Assembly: GCF_009914755.1 (NCBI RefSeq)
Contig: NC_060925.1
DNA: 64,000 bases
Source: the human T2T-CHM13v2.0 reference genome, Homo sapiens
Direction: 5' to 3' (one strand)
Of this stretch, positions 28,720-45,600 are shown piece by piece. Numbering within the stretch: position 1 is the first letter of the stretch; every line of letters begins with the position of its first letter. Below the pieces are notes generated by a model. It saw nothing but the letters and a program-made list of their open reading frames with translations, did no database searches and had not been told where the DNA came from. Position numbers and translations under genes: made by a program.

Positions 28720-30174
28720 ATGAAATTGAAATGGATGGACTCATCATCGAATGGATTCGAATGGAATCATCGAATAAAATTGATTGAAATCATCATCGAA
28801 TGGAATCGAATTGTATCATTGAATGGAATCGAATGGAATCATCATCAGATGGAAATGAATGGAATCGTCATAGAATGGAATCGAATGGATTCATTGAATG
28901 GAATCAGATGGAATCATCGAATGGACTGGAATGGAATCATTGAATGGACTCAAAAGGGATCATGATTGAATGGAGTTGAATGGAATCATCGAATGGTCTC
29001 GATTGGAATCATTATCAAATGGAATCGAATGGAATCACCGAATAGAATCGAATGGAACAATCATCGAATGGACTCAAATGGAATTATCCTCCAATGGAAT
29101 CGAATGGAATTATCGAATGCAATCGAATGGAATTATCGAATGCAATCGAATAGAATCATCGAATGGACTCGAATGGAATCATCGAATGGAATGGAATGGA
29201 ACAGTCAATGAACTCGAATGGAATCATCATTGAATGGAATCGAATGGAATCATCGAGTGGAATCGAATGGAATTATGATCAAATGGAATCGAATATAATC
29301 ATCATCAAATGGAATCAAAAATAACCATCATCAATTGGTATTGAATGGAATTCTCATCAAATGGAATTCAAAAGAATCATCATCAAATGGAACTGAATGG
29401 AATCCTCATTGAATGGAAATGAAAGGGGTCATCATCTAATGGAATCGCATGGAATCATCATCAAATGGAATCGAATGGAATCATCATCAAATGGAATCTG
29501 ATGGAATCATTGAACAGAATTGAATGGAATCGTCATCGAATGAATTGAATGCAATCATCGAATGGTCTCGAATGCAATCACATTCTAATGGAAAGGAATG
29601 GAATCATCGCATAGAATCGAATGGAATTAACATTGAATGGACTCGAATGGAATCAACATCAAACGGAATCAAGCGGAATTATCGAATGGAATCGAAGAGA
29701 ATCATCGAATGGACTCGAATGGAATCATCTTCTAATGGAAAGGAATGGAATCATCGCATAGAATCGAATGGAATTATCATCGAATGGAATCGAATGGTAT
29801 CAACACCAAACGGAAAAAAACGGAATTATCGAATGGAATCGAAGAGAATCTTCGAACGGACCCGAATGGAATCATCTAATGGAATGGAATGGAATAATCC
29901 ATGGACTCGAATGCAATCATCATCGAATGGAATCGAATGGAATCATCGAATGGACTCGAATGGAATAATCATTGAACGGAATCGAATGGAATCATCATCG
30001 GATGGAAATGAATGGAATCATCATCGAATGGAATCGAATAGAATTATGGAATGAAATCCAGTGTGATCATCATCGAATGGACCCGAATGGAATCATCATC
30101 CAACGGAAGCTAATGGAATCAACATCGAATGAATCGAATGGAAACACCATCGAATTGAAACGAATGGAATTATC
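28720..30174 (+). repeat. Variant unit E, 1,455 bp (also 41408-42862; 1,923-bp form at 58720-60642)
   Basis: 1776+147-468=1455 and 1776+147=1923. Has an extra EcoRI site at 29348, plus GGAGTTGAA, TCTGATGG and a 147-bp internal duplication. Confidence 0.9.
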
Positions 30175-33100
30175 ATGAAATTGAAATGGATGGACTCATC
30201 ATCGAATGGATTCGAATGGAATCATCGAATAAAATTGATTGAAATCATCATCGAATGGAATCGAATGGTATCATTGAATGGAATCGAATGGAATCATCAT
30301 CAGATGGAAATGAATGGAATCGTCATAGAATGGAATCGAATGGATTCATTGAATGGAATCAGATGGAATCATCGAATGGACTGGAATGGAATCATTGAAT
30401 GGACTCGAAAGGGATCATGATTGAATGGAATTGAATGGAATCATCGAATGGTCTCGATTGGAATCATTATCAAATGGAATCGAATGGAATCACCGAATAG
30501 AATCGAATGGAACAATCATCGAATGGACTCAAATGGAATTATCCTCAAATGGAATCGAATGGAATTATCGAATGCAATCGAATGGAATTATCGAATGCAA
30601 TCGAATAGAATCATCGAATGGACTCGAATGGAATCATCGAATGGAATGGAATGGAACAGTCAATGAACTCGAATGGAATCATCATTGAATGGAATCGAAT
30701 GGAATCATCGAGTGGAATCGAATGGAATTATGATCAAATGGAATCGAATGTAATCATCATCAAATGGAATCAAAAATAACCATCATCAATTGGTATTGAA
30801 TGGAATTGTCATCAAATGGAATTCAAAGGAATCATCATCAAGTGGAACCGAATGGAATCCTCATTGAATGGAAATGAAAGGGGTCATCATCTAATGGAAT
30901 CGCATGGAATCATCATCAAATGGAATCGAATGGAATCATCATCAAATGGAATCTAATGGAGTCATTGAACAGAATTGAATGGAATCGTCATCGAATGAAT
31001 TGAATGCAATCATCGAATGGTCTCGAATGGAATCATCTTCTAATGGAAAGGAATGGAATCATCGCATAGAATCGAATGGAATTATCATCGAATGGAATCG
31101 AATGGTATCAACACCAAACGGAAAAAAACGGAATTATCGAATGGAATCGAAGAGAATCTTCGAACGGACCCGAATGGAATCATCTAATGGAATGGAATGG
31201 AATAATCCATGGACTCGAATGCAATCATCATCGAATGGAATCGAATGGAGTCATCGAATGGACTCGAATGGAATAATCATTGAACGGAATCGAATGGAAT
31301 CATCATCGGATGGAAACGAATGGAATCATCATCGAATGGAAATGAAAGGAGTCATCATCTAATGGAATTGCATGGAATCATCATAAAATGGAATCGAATG
31401 GAATCAACATCAAATGGAATCAAATGGAATCATTGAACGGAATTGAATGGAATCGTCATCGAATGAATTGACTGCAATCATCGAATGGTCTCGAATGGAA
31501 TCATCTTCAAATGGAATGGAATGGAATCATCGCATAGAATCGAATGGAATTATCATCGAATGGAATCGAATGGAATCAACATCAAACGGAAAAAAACAGA
31601 ATTATCGTATGGAATCTAAGAGAATCATCGAATGGACCCGAATGGAATCATCTAATGGAATGGAATGGAATAATCCATGGACTCGAATGCAATCATCATC
31701 GAATGGAATCGAATGGAATCATCGAATGGACTCGAATGGAATAATCATTGAACGGAATAGAATGGAATCATCATCGGATGGAAATGAATGGAATCATCAT
31801 CGAATGGAATCGAATAGAATTATGGAATGAAATCCAGTGTGATCATCATCGAATGGACCCGAATGGAATCATCATCCAACGGAAGCTAATGGAATCAACA
31901 TCGAATGAATCGAATGGAAACACCATCGAATTGAAACGAATGGAATTATCATGAAATTGAAATGGATGGACACATCATCGAATGGATTCGAATGGAATCA
32001 TCGAAGAAAATTGATTGAAATCATCATCAAATGGAATCGAATGGTATCATTGAAAGGAATCGAATGGAATCATCATCAGATGGAAATGAATGGAATCGTC
32101 ATAGAATGGAATCGAATGGATTCATTGAATGGAATCAGATGGAATCATCGAATGGACTGGAATGGAATCATTGAATGGACACGAAAGGGATCATTATTGA
32201 ATGGAATTGAATGGAATCATCGAATGTTCTCGATTGGAATCATTATCAAATGGAATCGAATGGAATCACCGAATAGAATCGAATGGAACAATCATGGAAT
32301 GGACTCAAATGGAATTATCCTCAAATGGAATCGAATGGAATTATCGAATGCAATCGAATGGAATTATCGAATGCAATCGAATAGAATCATCGAATGGACT
32401 CGAATGGAATCATCGAATGGAATGGAATGGAACAGTCAATGAACTCGAATGGAATCATCATTGAATGGAATCGAATGGAATCATCGAGTGGAATCGAATG
32501 GAATTATGATCAAATGGAATCGAATGTAATCATCATCAAATGGAATCAAAAATAACCATCATCAATTGGTATTGAATGGAATTGTCATCAAATGGAATTC
32601 AAAGGAATCATCATCAAGTGGAACCGAATGGAATCCTCATTGAATGGAAATGAAAGGGGTCATCATCTAATGGAATCGCATGGAATCATCATCAAATGGA
32701 ATCGAATGGAATCATCATCAAATGGAATCTAATGGAATCATTGAACAGAATTGAATGGAATCGTCATCGAATGAATTGAATGCAATCATCGAATGGTCTC
32801 GAATGGAATCATCTTCTAATGGAAAGGAATGGAATCATCGCATAGAATCGAATGGAATTATCATCGAATGGAATCGAATGGTATCAACACCAAACGGAAA
32901 AAAACGGAATTATCGAATGGAATCGAAGAGAATCTTCGAACGGACCCGAATGGAATCATCTAATGGAATGGAATGGAATAATCCATGGACTCGAATGCAA
33001 TCATCATCTAATGGAATCGAATGGAGTCATCGAATGGACTCGAATGGAATAATCATTGAACGGAATCGAATGGAATCATCATCGGATGGAAACGAATGGA

Positions 33101-36100
33101 ATCATCATCGAATGGAAATGAAAGGAGTCATCATCTAATGGAATTGCATGGAATCATCATAAAATGGAATCGAATGGAATCAACATCAAATGGAATCAAA
33201 TGGAATCATTGAACGGAATTGAATGGAATCGTCATCGAATGAATTGACTGCAATCATCGAATGGTCTCGAATGGAATCATCTTCAAATGGAATGGAATGG
33301 AATCATCGCATAGAATCGAATGGAATTATCATCGAATGGAATCGAATGGAATCAACATCAAACGGAAAAAAACAGAATTATCGTATGGAATCTAAGAGAA
33401 TCATCGAATGGACCCGAATGGAATCATCTAATGGAATGGAATGGAATAATCCATGGACTCGAATGCAATCATCATCGAATGGAATCGAATGGAATCATCG
33501 AATGGACTCGAATGGAATAATCATTGAACGGAATAGAATGGAATCATCATCGGATGGAAATGAATGGAATCATCATCGAATGGAATCGAATACAATTATG
33601 GAAGGAAATCCAGTGTGATCATCATCGAATGGACCCGAATGGAATCATCATCCAACGGAAGCTAATGGAATCAACATCGAATGAATCGAATGGAAACACC
33701 ATCGAATTGAAACGAATGGAATTATCATGAAATTGAAATGGATGGACTCATCATCGAATGGATTCGAATGGATAAAATTGATTGAAATCATCATCAAATG
33801 GAATCGAATGGTATCATTGAATGGAATCGAATGGAATCATCATCAGATGGAAATGAATGGAATCGTCATAGAATGGAATCGAATGGATTCATTGAATGGA
33901 ATCAGATGGAATCATCGAATGGACTGGAATGGAATCATTGAATGGACTCGAAAGGGATCATTATTGAATGGAATTGAATGGAATCATCGAATGGTCTCGA
34001 TTGGAATCATTATCAAATGGAATCGAATGGAATCACCGAATAGAATCGAATGGAACAATCATCGAATGGACTCAAATGGAATTATCCTCAAATGGAATCG
34101 AATGGAATTATCGAATGCAATCGAATGGAATTATCGAATGCAATCGAATAGAATCATCGAAAGGACTCGAATGGAATCATCGAATGGAATGGAATGGAAC
34201 AGTCAATGAACTCGAATGGAATCATCATTGAATGGAATCGAATGGAATCATCGAGTGGAATTGAATGGAATTATGATCAAATGGAATCGAATGTAATCAT
34301 CATCAAATGGAATCAAAAATAACCATCATCAATTGGTATTGAATGGAATTGTCATCAAATGGAATTCAAAGGAATCATCATCAAATGGAACCGAATGGAA
34401 TCCTCATTGAATGGAAATGAAAGGGGTCATCATCTAATGGAATCGCATGGAATCATCATCAAATGGAATCGAATGGAATCATCATCAAATGGAATCTAAT
34501 GGAATCATTGAACAGAATTGAATGGAATCGTCATCGAATGAATTGAATGCAATCATCGAATGGTCTCGAATGGAATCATCTTCTAATGGAAAGGAATGGA
34601 ATCATCGCATAGAATCGAATGGAATTATCATCGAATGGAATCGAATGGTATCAACACCAAACGGAAAAAAACGGAATTATCGAATGGAATCGAAGAGAAT
34701 CTTCGAACGGACCCGAATGGAATCATCTAATGGAATGGAATGGAATAATCCATGGACTCGAATGCAATCATCATCGAATGGAATCGAATGGAATCATCGA
34801 ATGGACTCGAATGGAATAATCATTGAACGGAATCGAATGGAATCATCATCGGATGGAAACGAATGGAATCATCATCGAATGGAAATGAAAGGAGTCATCA
34901 TCTAATGGTATTGCATGGAATCATCATAAAATGGAATCGAATGGAATCAACATCAAATGGAATCAAATGGAATCATTGAACGGAATTGAATGGAATCGTC
35001 ATCGAATGAATTGACTGCAATCATCGAATGGTCTCGAATGGAATCATCTTCAAATGGAATGGAATGGAATCATCGCATAGAATCGAATGGAATTATCATC
35101 GAATGGAATCGAATGGAATCAACATCAAACGGAAAAAAACAGAATTATCGTATGGAATCGAAGAGAATCATCGAAGGGACCCGAATGGAATCATCTAATG
35201 GAATGGAATGGAATAATCCATGGACTCGAATGCAATCATCATCGAATGGAATCGAATGGAATCATCGAATGGACTCGAATGGAATAATCATTGAACGGAA
35301 TCGAATGGAATCATCATCGGATGGAAATGAATGGAATCATCATCGAATGGAATCTAATAGAATTATGGAATGAAATCCAGTGTGATCATCATCGAATGGA
35401 CCCGAATGGAATCATCATCCAACGGAAGCTAATGGAATCAACATCGAATGAATCGAATGGAAACACCATCGAATTGAAACGAATGGAATTATCATGAAAT
35501 TGAAATGGATGGACTCATCATCGAATGGATTCGAATGGAATCATCGAATAAAATTGATTGAAATCATCATCCAATGGAATCGAATGGTATCATTGAATGG
35601 AATCGAATGGAATCATCATCAGATGGAAATGAATGGAATCGTCATAGAATGGAATCGAATGGATTCATTGAATGGAATCAGATGGAATCATCGAATGGAC
35701 TGGAATGGAATCATTGAATGGACTCGAAAGGGATCATTATTGAATGGAATTGAATGGAATCATCGAATGGTCTCGATTGGAATCATTATCAAATGGAATC
35801 GAATGGAATCACCGAACAGAATCGAATGGAACAATCATCGAATGGACTCAAATGGAATTATCCTCAAATGGAATCGAATGGAATTATCGAATGCAATCGA
35901 ATGGAATTATCGAATGCAATCGAATAGAATCATCGAATGGACTCGAATGGAATCATCGAATGGAATGGAATGGAACAGTCAATGAACTCGAATGGAATCA
36001 TCATTGAAAGGAATCGAATGGAATCATCGAGTGGAATCGAATGGAATTATGATCAAATGGAATCGAATATAATCATCATCAAATGGAATCAAAAATAACC

Positions 36101-36687
36101 ATCATCAATTGGTATTGAATGGAATTGTCATCAAATGGAATTCAAAGGAATCATCATCAAATGGAACCGAATGGAATCCTCATTGAATGGAAATGAAAGG
36201 GGTCATCATCTAATGGAATCGCATGGAATCATCATCAAATGGAATCGAATGGAATCATCATCAAATGGTATCTAATGGAATCATTGAACAGAATTGAATG
36301 GAATCGTCATCGAATGAATTGAATGCAATCATCGAATGGTCTCGAATGGAATCATCTTCTAATGGAAAGGAATGGAATCATCGCATAGAATCGAATGGAA
36401 TTATCATCGAATGGAATCGAATGGTATCAACACCAAACGGAAAAAAACGGAATTATCGAATGGAATCGAAGAGAATCTTCGAACGGACCCGAATGGAATC
36501 ATCTAATGGAATGGAATGGAATAATCCATGGACTCGAATGCAATCATCATCGAATGGAATCGAATGGAATCATCGAATGGACTCGAATGGAATAATCATT
36601 GAACGGAATCGAATGGAATCATCATCGGATGGAAACGAATGGAATCATCATCGAATGGAAATGAAAGGAGTCATCATCTAATGGAAT

Positions 36688-39600
36688 TGCATGGAATCAT
36701 CATAAAATGGAATCGAATGGAATCAACATCAAATGGAATCAAATGGAATCATTGAACGGAATTGAATGGAATCGTCATCGAATGAATAGACTGCAATCAT
36801 CGAATGGTCTCGGAATCATCTTCAAATGGAATGGAATGGAATCATCGCATAGAATCGAATGGAATTATCATCGAATGGAATCGAATGGAATCAACATCAA
36901 ACGGAAAAAAACGGAATTATCGAATGGAATCGAAGAGAATCATCGAATGGACCCGAATGGAATCATCTAATGGAATGGAATGGAATAATCCATGGACTCG
37001 AATGCAATCATCATCGAATGGAATCGAATGGAATCATCGAATGGACTCGAATGGAATAATCATTGAACGGAATCGAATGGAATCATCATCGGATGGAAAT
37101 GAATGGAATCATCATCGAATGGAATCGAATAGAATTATGGAATGAAATCCAGTGTGATCATCATCGAATGGACCCGAATGGAATCATCATCCAACGGAAG
37201 CTAATGGAATCAACATCGAATGAATCGAATGGAAACACCATCGAATTGAAACGAATGGAATTATCATGAAATTGAAATGGATGGACTCATCATCGAATGG
37301 ATTCGAATGGAATCATCGAATAAAATTGATTGAAATCATCATCGAATGGAATCGAATGGTATCATTGAATGGAATCGAATGGAATCATCATCAGATGGAA
37401 ATGAATGGAATCGTCATAGAATGGAATCGAATGGATTCATTGAATGGAATCAGATGGAATCATCGAATGGACTGGAATGGAATCATTGAATGGACTCGAA
37501 AGGGTTCATGATTGAATGGAATTGAATGGAATCATCGAATGGTCTCGATTGGAATCATTATCAAATGGAATCGAATGGAATCACCGAATAGAATCGAATG
37601 GAACAATCATCGAATGGACTCAAATGGAATTATCCTCAAATGGAATCGAATGGAATTATCGAATGCAATCGAATGGAATTATCGAATGCAATCGAATAGA
37701 ATCATCGAATGGACTCGAATGGAATCATCGAATGGAATGGAATGGAACAGTCAATGAACTCGAATGGAATCATCATTGAATGGAATCGAATGGAATCATC
37801 GAGTGGAATCGAATGGAATTATGATCAAATGGAATCGAATGTAATCATCATCAAATGGAATCAAAAATAACCATCATCAATTGGTATTGAATGGAATTGT
37901 CATCAAATGGAATTCAAAGGAATCATCATCAAATGGAACCGAATGGAATCCTCATTGAATGGAAATGAAAGGGGTCATCATCTAATGGAATCGCATGGAA
38001 TCATCATCAAATGGAATCGAATGGAATCATCATCAAATGGAATCTAATGGAATCATTGAACAGAATTGAATGGAATGGTCATCGAATGAATTGAATGCAA
38101 TCATCGAATGGTCTCCAATGGAATCATCTTCTAATGGAAAGGAATGGAATCATCGCATAGAATCGAATGGAATTATCATCGAATGGAATCGAATGGTATC
38201 AACACCAAACGGAAAAAAACGGAATTATCGAATGGAATCGAAGAGAATCTTCGAACGGACCCGAATGGAATCATCTAATGGAATGGAATGGAACAATCCA
38301 TGGACTCGAATGCAATCATCATCGAATGGAATCGAATGGAATCATCGAATGGACTCGAATGGAATAATCATTGAACGGAATCGAATGGAATCATCATCGG
38401 ATGGAAACGAATGGAATCATCATCGAATGGAAATGAAAGGAGTCATCATCTAATGGAATTGCATGGAATCATCATAAAATGGAATCGAATGGAATCAACA
38501 TCAAATGGAATCAAATGGAATCATTGAACGGAATTGAATGGAATCGTCATCGAATGAATAGACTGCAATCATCGAATGGTCTCGGAATCATCTTCAAATG
38601 GAATGGAATGGAATCATCGCATAGAATCGAATGGAATTATCATCGAATGGAATCGAATGGAATCAACATCAAACGGAAAAAAACGGAATTATCGAATGGA
38701 ATCGAAGAGAATCATCGAATGGACCCGAATGGAATCATCTAATGGAATGGAATGGAATAATCCATGGACTCGAATGCAATCATCATCGAATGGAATCGAA
38801 TGGAATCATCGAATGGACTCGAATGGAATAATCATTGAACGGAATCGAATGGAATCATCATCGGATGGAAATGAATGGAATCATCATCGAATGGAATCGA
38901 ATAGAATTATGGAATGAAATCCAGTGTGATCATCATCGAATGGACCCGAATGGAATCATCATCCAACGGAAGCTAATGGAATCAACATCGAATGAATCGA
39001 ATGGAAACACCATCGAATTGAAACGAATGGAATTATCATGAAATTGAAATGGATGGACTCATCATCGAATGGATTCGAATGGAATCATCGAAAGAATTGA
39101 TTGAAATCATCATCCAATGGAATCGAATGGTATCATTGAATGGAATCGAATGGAATCATCATCAGATGGAAATGAATGGAATCGTCATAGAATGGAATCG
39201 AATGGATTCATTGAATGGAATCAGATGGAATCATCGAATGGACTGGAATGGAATCATTGAATGGACTCGAAAGGGATCATGATTGAATGGAATTGAATGG
39301 AATCATCGAATGGTCTCGATTGGAATCATTATCAAATGGAATCGAATGGAATCACCGAATAGAATCGAATGGAACAATCATCGAATGGACTCAAATGGAA
39401 TTATCCTCCAATGGAATCGAATGGAATTATCGAATGCAATCGAATGGAATTATCGAATGCAATCGAATAGAATCATCGAATGGACTCGAATGGAATCATC
39501 GAATGGAATGGAATGGAACAGTCAATGAACTCGAATGGAATCATCATTGAATGGAATCGAATGGAATCATCGAGTGGAATCGAATGGAATTATGATCAAA

Positions 39601-42600
39601 TGGAATCGAATGTAATCATCATCAAATGGAATCAAAAATAACCATCATCAATTGGTATTGAATGGAATTGTCATCAAATGGAATTCAAAGGAATCATCAT
39701 CAAATGGAACCGAATGGAATCCTCATTGAATGGAAATGAAAGGGGTCATCATCTAATGGAATCGCATGGAATCATCATCAAATGGAATCGAACGGAATCA
39801 TCATCAAATGGAATCTAATGGAATCATTGAACAGAATTGAATGGAATCGTCATCGAATGAATTGAATGCAATCATCGAATGGTCTCGAATGGAATCATCT
39901 TCTAATGGAAAGGAATGGAATCATCGCATAGAATCGAATGGAATTATCATCGAATGGAATCGAATGGTATCAACACCAAACGGAAAAAAACGGAATTATC
40001 GAATGGAATCGAAGAGAATCTTCGAACGGACCTGAATGGAATCATCTAATGGAATGGAATGGAATAATCCATGGACTCGAATGCAATCATCATCGAATGG
40101 AATCGAATGGAATCATCGAATGGACTCGAATGGAATAATCATTGAACGGAATCGAATGGAATCATCATCGGATGGAAACGAATGGAATCATCATCGAATG
40201 GAAATGAAAGGAGTCATCATCTAATGGAATTGCATGGAATCATCATAAAATGGAATCGAATGGAATCAACATCAAATGGAATCAAATGGAATCATTGAAC
40301 GGAATTGAATGGAATCGTCATCGAATGAATTGACTGCAATCATCGAATGGTCTCGAATGGAATCATCTTCAAATGGAATGGAATGGAATCATCGCATAGA
40401 ATCGAATGGAAGTATCATCGAATGGAATCGAATGGAATCAACATCAAACGGAAAAAAACGGAATTATCGAATGGAATCGAAGAGAATCATCGAATGGACC
40501 CGAATGGAATCATCTAATGGAATGGAATGGAATAATCCATGGACTCGAATGCAATCATCATCGAATGGAATCGAATGGAATCATCGAATGAACTCGAATG
40601 GAATCATCATTGAATGGAATCGAATGGAATCATCGAGTGGAATCGAATGGAATTATGATCAAATGGAATCGAATGTAATCATCATCAAATGGAATCAAAA
40701 ATAACCATCATCAATTGGTATTGAATGGAATTGTCATCAAAAGGAATTCAAAGGAATCATCATCAAATGGAACCGAATGGAATCCTCATTGAATGGAAAT
40801 GAATGGGGTCATCATCTAATGGAATCGCATGGAATCATCATCAAATGGAATCGAATGGAATCATCATCAAATGGAATCTAATGGAATCATTGAACAGAAT
40901 TGAATGGAATCGTCATCGAATGAATTGAATGCAATCATCGAATGGTCTCGAATGGAATCATCTTCTAATGGAAAGGAATGGAATCATCGCATAGAATCGA
41001 ATGGAATTATCATCGAATGGAATCGAATGGTATCAACACCAAACGGAAAAAAACGGAATTATCGAATGGAATCGAAGAGAATCTTCGAACGGACCCGAAT
41101 GGAATCATCTAATGGAATGGAATGGAATAATCCATGGACTCGAATGCAATCATCATCGAATGGAATCGAATGGAATCATCGAATGGACTCGAATGGAATA
41201 ATCATTGAACGGAAACGAATGGAATCATCATCGGATGGAAATGAATGGAATCATCATCGAATGGAATCGAATAGAATTATGGAATGAAATCCAGTGTGAT
41301 CATCATCGAATGGACCCGAATGGAATCATCATCCAACGGAAGCTAATGGAATCAACATCGAATGAATCGAATGGAAACACCATCGAATTGAAACGAATGG
41401 AATTATCATGAAATTGAAATGGATGGACTCATCATCGAATGGATTCGAATGGAATCATCGAATAAAATTGATTGAAATCATCATCGAATGGAATCGAATT
41501 GTATCATTGAATGGAATCGAATGGAATCATCATCAGATGGAAATGAATGGAATCGTCATAGAATGGAATCGAATGGATTCATTGAATGGAATCAGATGGA
41601 ATCATCGAATGGACTGGAATGGAATCATTGAATGGACTCAAAAGGGATCATGATTGAATGGAGTTGAATGGAATCATCGAATGGTCTCGATTGGAATCAT
41701 TATCAAATGGAATCGAATGGAATCACCGAATAGAATCGAATGGAACAATCATCGAATGGACTCAAATGGAATTATCCTCCAATGGAATCGAATGGAATTA
41801 TCGAATGCAATCGAATGGAATTATCGAATGCAATCGAATAGAATCATCGAATGGACTCGAATGGAATCATCGAATGGAATGGAATGGAACAGTCAATGAA
41901 CTCGAATGGAATCATCATTGAATGGAATCGAATGGAATCATCGAGTGGAATCGAATGGAATTATGATCAAATGGAATCGAATATAATCATCATCAAATGG
42001 AATCAAAAATAACCATCATCAATTGGTATTGAATGGAATTCTCATCAAATGGAATTCAAAAGAATCATCATCAAATGGAACTGAATGGAATCCTCATTGA
42101 ATGGAAATGAAAGGGGTCATCATCTAATGGAATCGCATGGAATCATCATCAAATGGAATCGAATGGAATCATCATCAAATGGAATCTGATGGAATCATTG
42201 AACAGAATTGAATGGAATCGTCATCGAATGAATTGAATGCAATCATCGAATGGTCTCGAATGCAATCACATTCTAATGGAAAGGAATGGAATCATCGCAT
42301 AGAATCGAATGGAATTAACATTGAATGGACTCGAATGGAATCAACATCAAACGGAATCAAGCGGAATTATCGAATGGAATCGAAGAGAATCATCGAATGG
42401 ACTCGAATGGAATCATCTTCTAATGGAAAGGAATGGAATCATCGCATAGAATCGAATGGAATTATCATCGAATGGAATCGAATGGTATCAACACCAAACG
42501 GAAAAAAACGGAATTATCGAATGGAATCGAAGAGAATCTTCGAACGGACCCGAATGGAATCATCTAATGGAATGGAATGGAATAATCCATGGACTCGAAT

Positions 42601-45600
42601 GCAATCATCATCGAATGGAATCGAATGGAATCATCGAATGGACTCGAATGGAATAATCATTGAACGGAATCGAATGGAATCATCATCGGATGGAAATGAA
42701 TGGAATCATCATCGAATGGAATCGAATAGAATTATGGAATGAAATCCAGTGTGATCATCATCGAATGGACCCGAATGGAATCATCATCCAACGGAAGCTA
42801 ATGGAATCAACATCGAATGAATCGAATGGAAACACCATCGAATTGAAACGAATGGAATTATCATGAAATTGAAATGGATGGACTCATCATCGAATGGATT
42901 CGAATGGAATCATCGAATAAAATTGATTGAAATCATCATCAAATGGAATCGAATGGTATCATTGAATGGAATCGAATGGAATCATCATCAGATGGAAATG
43001 AATGGAATCGTCATAGAATGGAATCGAATGGATTCATTGAATGGAATCAGATGGAATCATCGAATGGACTGGAATGGAATCATTGAATGGACTCGAAAGG
43101 GATCATGATTGAATGGAATTGAATGGAATCATCGAATGGTCTCGATTGGAATCATTATCAAATGGAATCGAATGGAATCACCGAATAGAATCGAATGGAA
43201 CAATCATCGAATGGACTCAAATGGAATTATCCTCAAATGGAATCGAATGGAATTATCGAATGCAATCGAATGGAATTATCGAATGCAATCGAATAGAATC
43301 ATCGAATGGACTCGAATGGAATCATCGAATGGAATGGAATGGAACAGTCAATGAACTCGAATGGAATCATCATTGAATGGAATCGAATGGAATCATCGAG
43401 TGGAATTGAATGGAATTATGATCAAATGGAATCGAATGTAATCATCATCAAATGGAATCAAAAATAACCATCATCAATTGGTATTGAATGGAATTGTCAT
43501 CAAATGGAATTCAAAGGAATCATCATCAAGTGGAACCGAATGGAATCCTCATTGAATGGAAATGAAAGGGGTCATCATCTAATGGAATCGCATGGAATCA
43601 TCATCAAATGGAATCGAATGGAATCATCATCAAATGGAATCTAATGGAGTCATTGAACAGAATTGAATGGAATCGTCATCGAATGAATTGAATGCAATCA
43701 TCGAATGGTCTCGAATGGAATCATCTTCTAATGGAAAGGAATGGAATCATCGCATAGAATCGAATGGAATTATCATCGAATGGAATCGAATGGTATCAAC
43801 ACCAAACGGAAAAAAACGGAATTATCGAATGGAATCGAAGAGAATCTTCGAACGGACCCGAATGGAATCATCTAATGGAATGGAATGGAATAATCCATGG
43901 ACTCGAATGCAATCATCATCGAATGGAATCGAATGGAGTCATCGAATGGACTCGAATGGAATAATCATTGAACGGAATCGAATGGAATCATCATCGGATG
44001 GAAACGAATGGAATCATCATCGAATGGAAATGAAAGGAGTCATCATCTAATGGAATTGCATGGAATCATCATAAAATGGAATCGAATGGAATCAACATCA
44101 AATGGAATCAAATGGAATCATTGAACGGAATTGAATGGAATCGTCATCGAATGAATTGACTGCAATCATCGAATGGTCTCGAATGGAATCATCTTCAAAT
44201 GGAATGGAATGGAATCATCGCATAGAATCGAATGGAATTATCATCGAATGGAATCGAATGGAATCAACATCAAACGGAAAAAAACAGAATTATCGTATGG
44301 AATCTAAGAGAATCATCGAATGGACCCGAATGGAATCATCTAATGGAATGGAATGGAATAATCCATGGACTCGAATGCAATCATCATCGAATGGAATCGA
44401 ATGGAATCATCGAATGGACTCGAATGGAATAATCATTGAACGGAATAGAATGGAATCATCATCGGATGGAAATGAATGGAATCATCATCGAATGGAATCG
44501 AATAGAATTATGGAATGAAATCCAGTGTGATCATCATCGAATGGACCCGAATGGAATCATCATCCAACGGAAGCTAATGGAATCAACATCGAATGAATCG
44601 AATGGAAACACCATCGAATTGAAACGAATGGAATTATCATGAAATTGAAATGGATGGACACATCATCGAATGGATTCGAATGGAATCATCGAAGAAAATT
44701 GATTGAAATCATCATCAAATGGAATCGAATGGTATCATTGAAAGGAATCGAATGGAATCATCATCAGATGGAAATGAATGGAATCGTCATAGAATGGAAT
44801 CGAATGGATTCATTGAATGGAATCAGATGGAATCATCGAATGGACTGGAATGGAATCATTGAATGGACACGAAAGGGATCATTATTGAATGGAATTGAAT
44901 GGAATCATCGAATGTTCTCGATTGGAATCATTATCAAATGGAATCGAATGGAATCACCGAATAGAATCGAATGGAACAATCATGGAATGGACTCAAATGG
45001 AATTATCCTCAAATGGAATCGAATGGAATTATCGAATGCAATCGAATGGAATTATCGAATGCAATCGAATAGAATCATCGAATGGACTCGAATGGAATCA
45101 TCGAATGGAATGGAATGGAACAGTCAATGAACTCGAATGGAATCATCATTGAATGGAATCGAATGGAATCATCGAGTGGAATCGAATGGAATTATGATCA
45201 AATGGAATCGAATGTAATCATCATCAAATGGAATCAAAAATAACCATCATCAATTGGTATTGAATGGAATTGTCATCAAATGGAATTCAAAGGAATCATC
45301 ATCAAGTGGAACCGAATGGAATCCTCATTGAATGGAAATGAAAGGGGTCATCATCTAATGGAATCGCATGGAATCATCATCAAATGGAATCGAATGGAAT
45401 CATCATCAAATGGAATCTAATGGAATCATTGAACAGAATTGAATGGAATCGTCATCGAATGAATTGAATGCAATCATCGAATGGTCTCGAATGGAATCAT
45501 CTTCTAATGGAAAGGAATGGAATCATCGCATAGAATCGAATGGAATTATCATCGAATGGAATCGAATGGTATCAACACCAAACGGAAAAAAACGGAATTA

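Larger units (their letters stand above)
24000..36687 (+). repeat. 12,688-bp higher-order block, copy 1
   Basis: Unit series 1772,2370,1455,1776,1776,1767,1772 is repeated at +12,688 (24578/37266, 28720/41408, 31951/44639, 35494/48182). The left edge lies between 23835 and 24099. Confidence 0.92.
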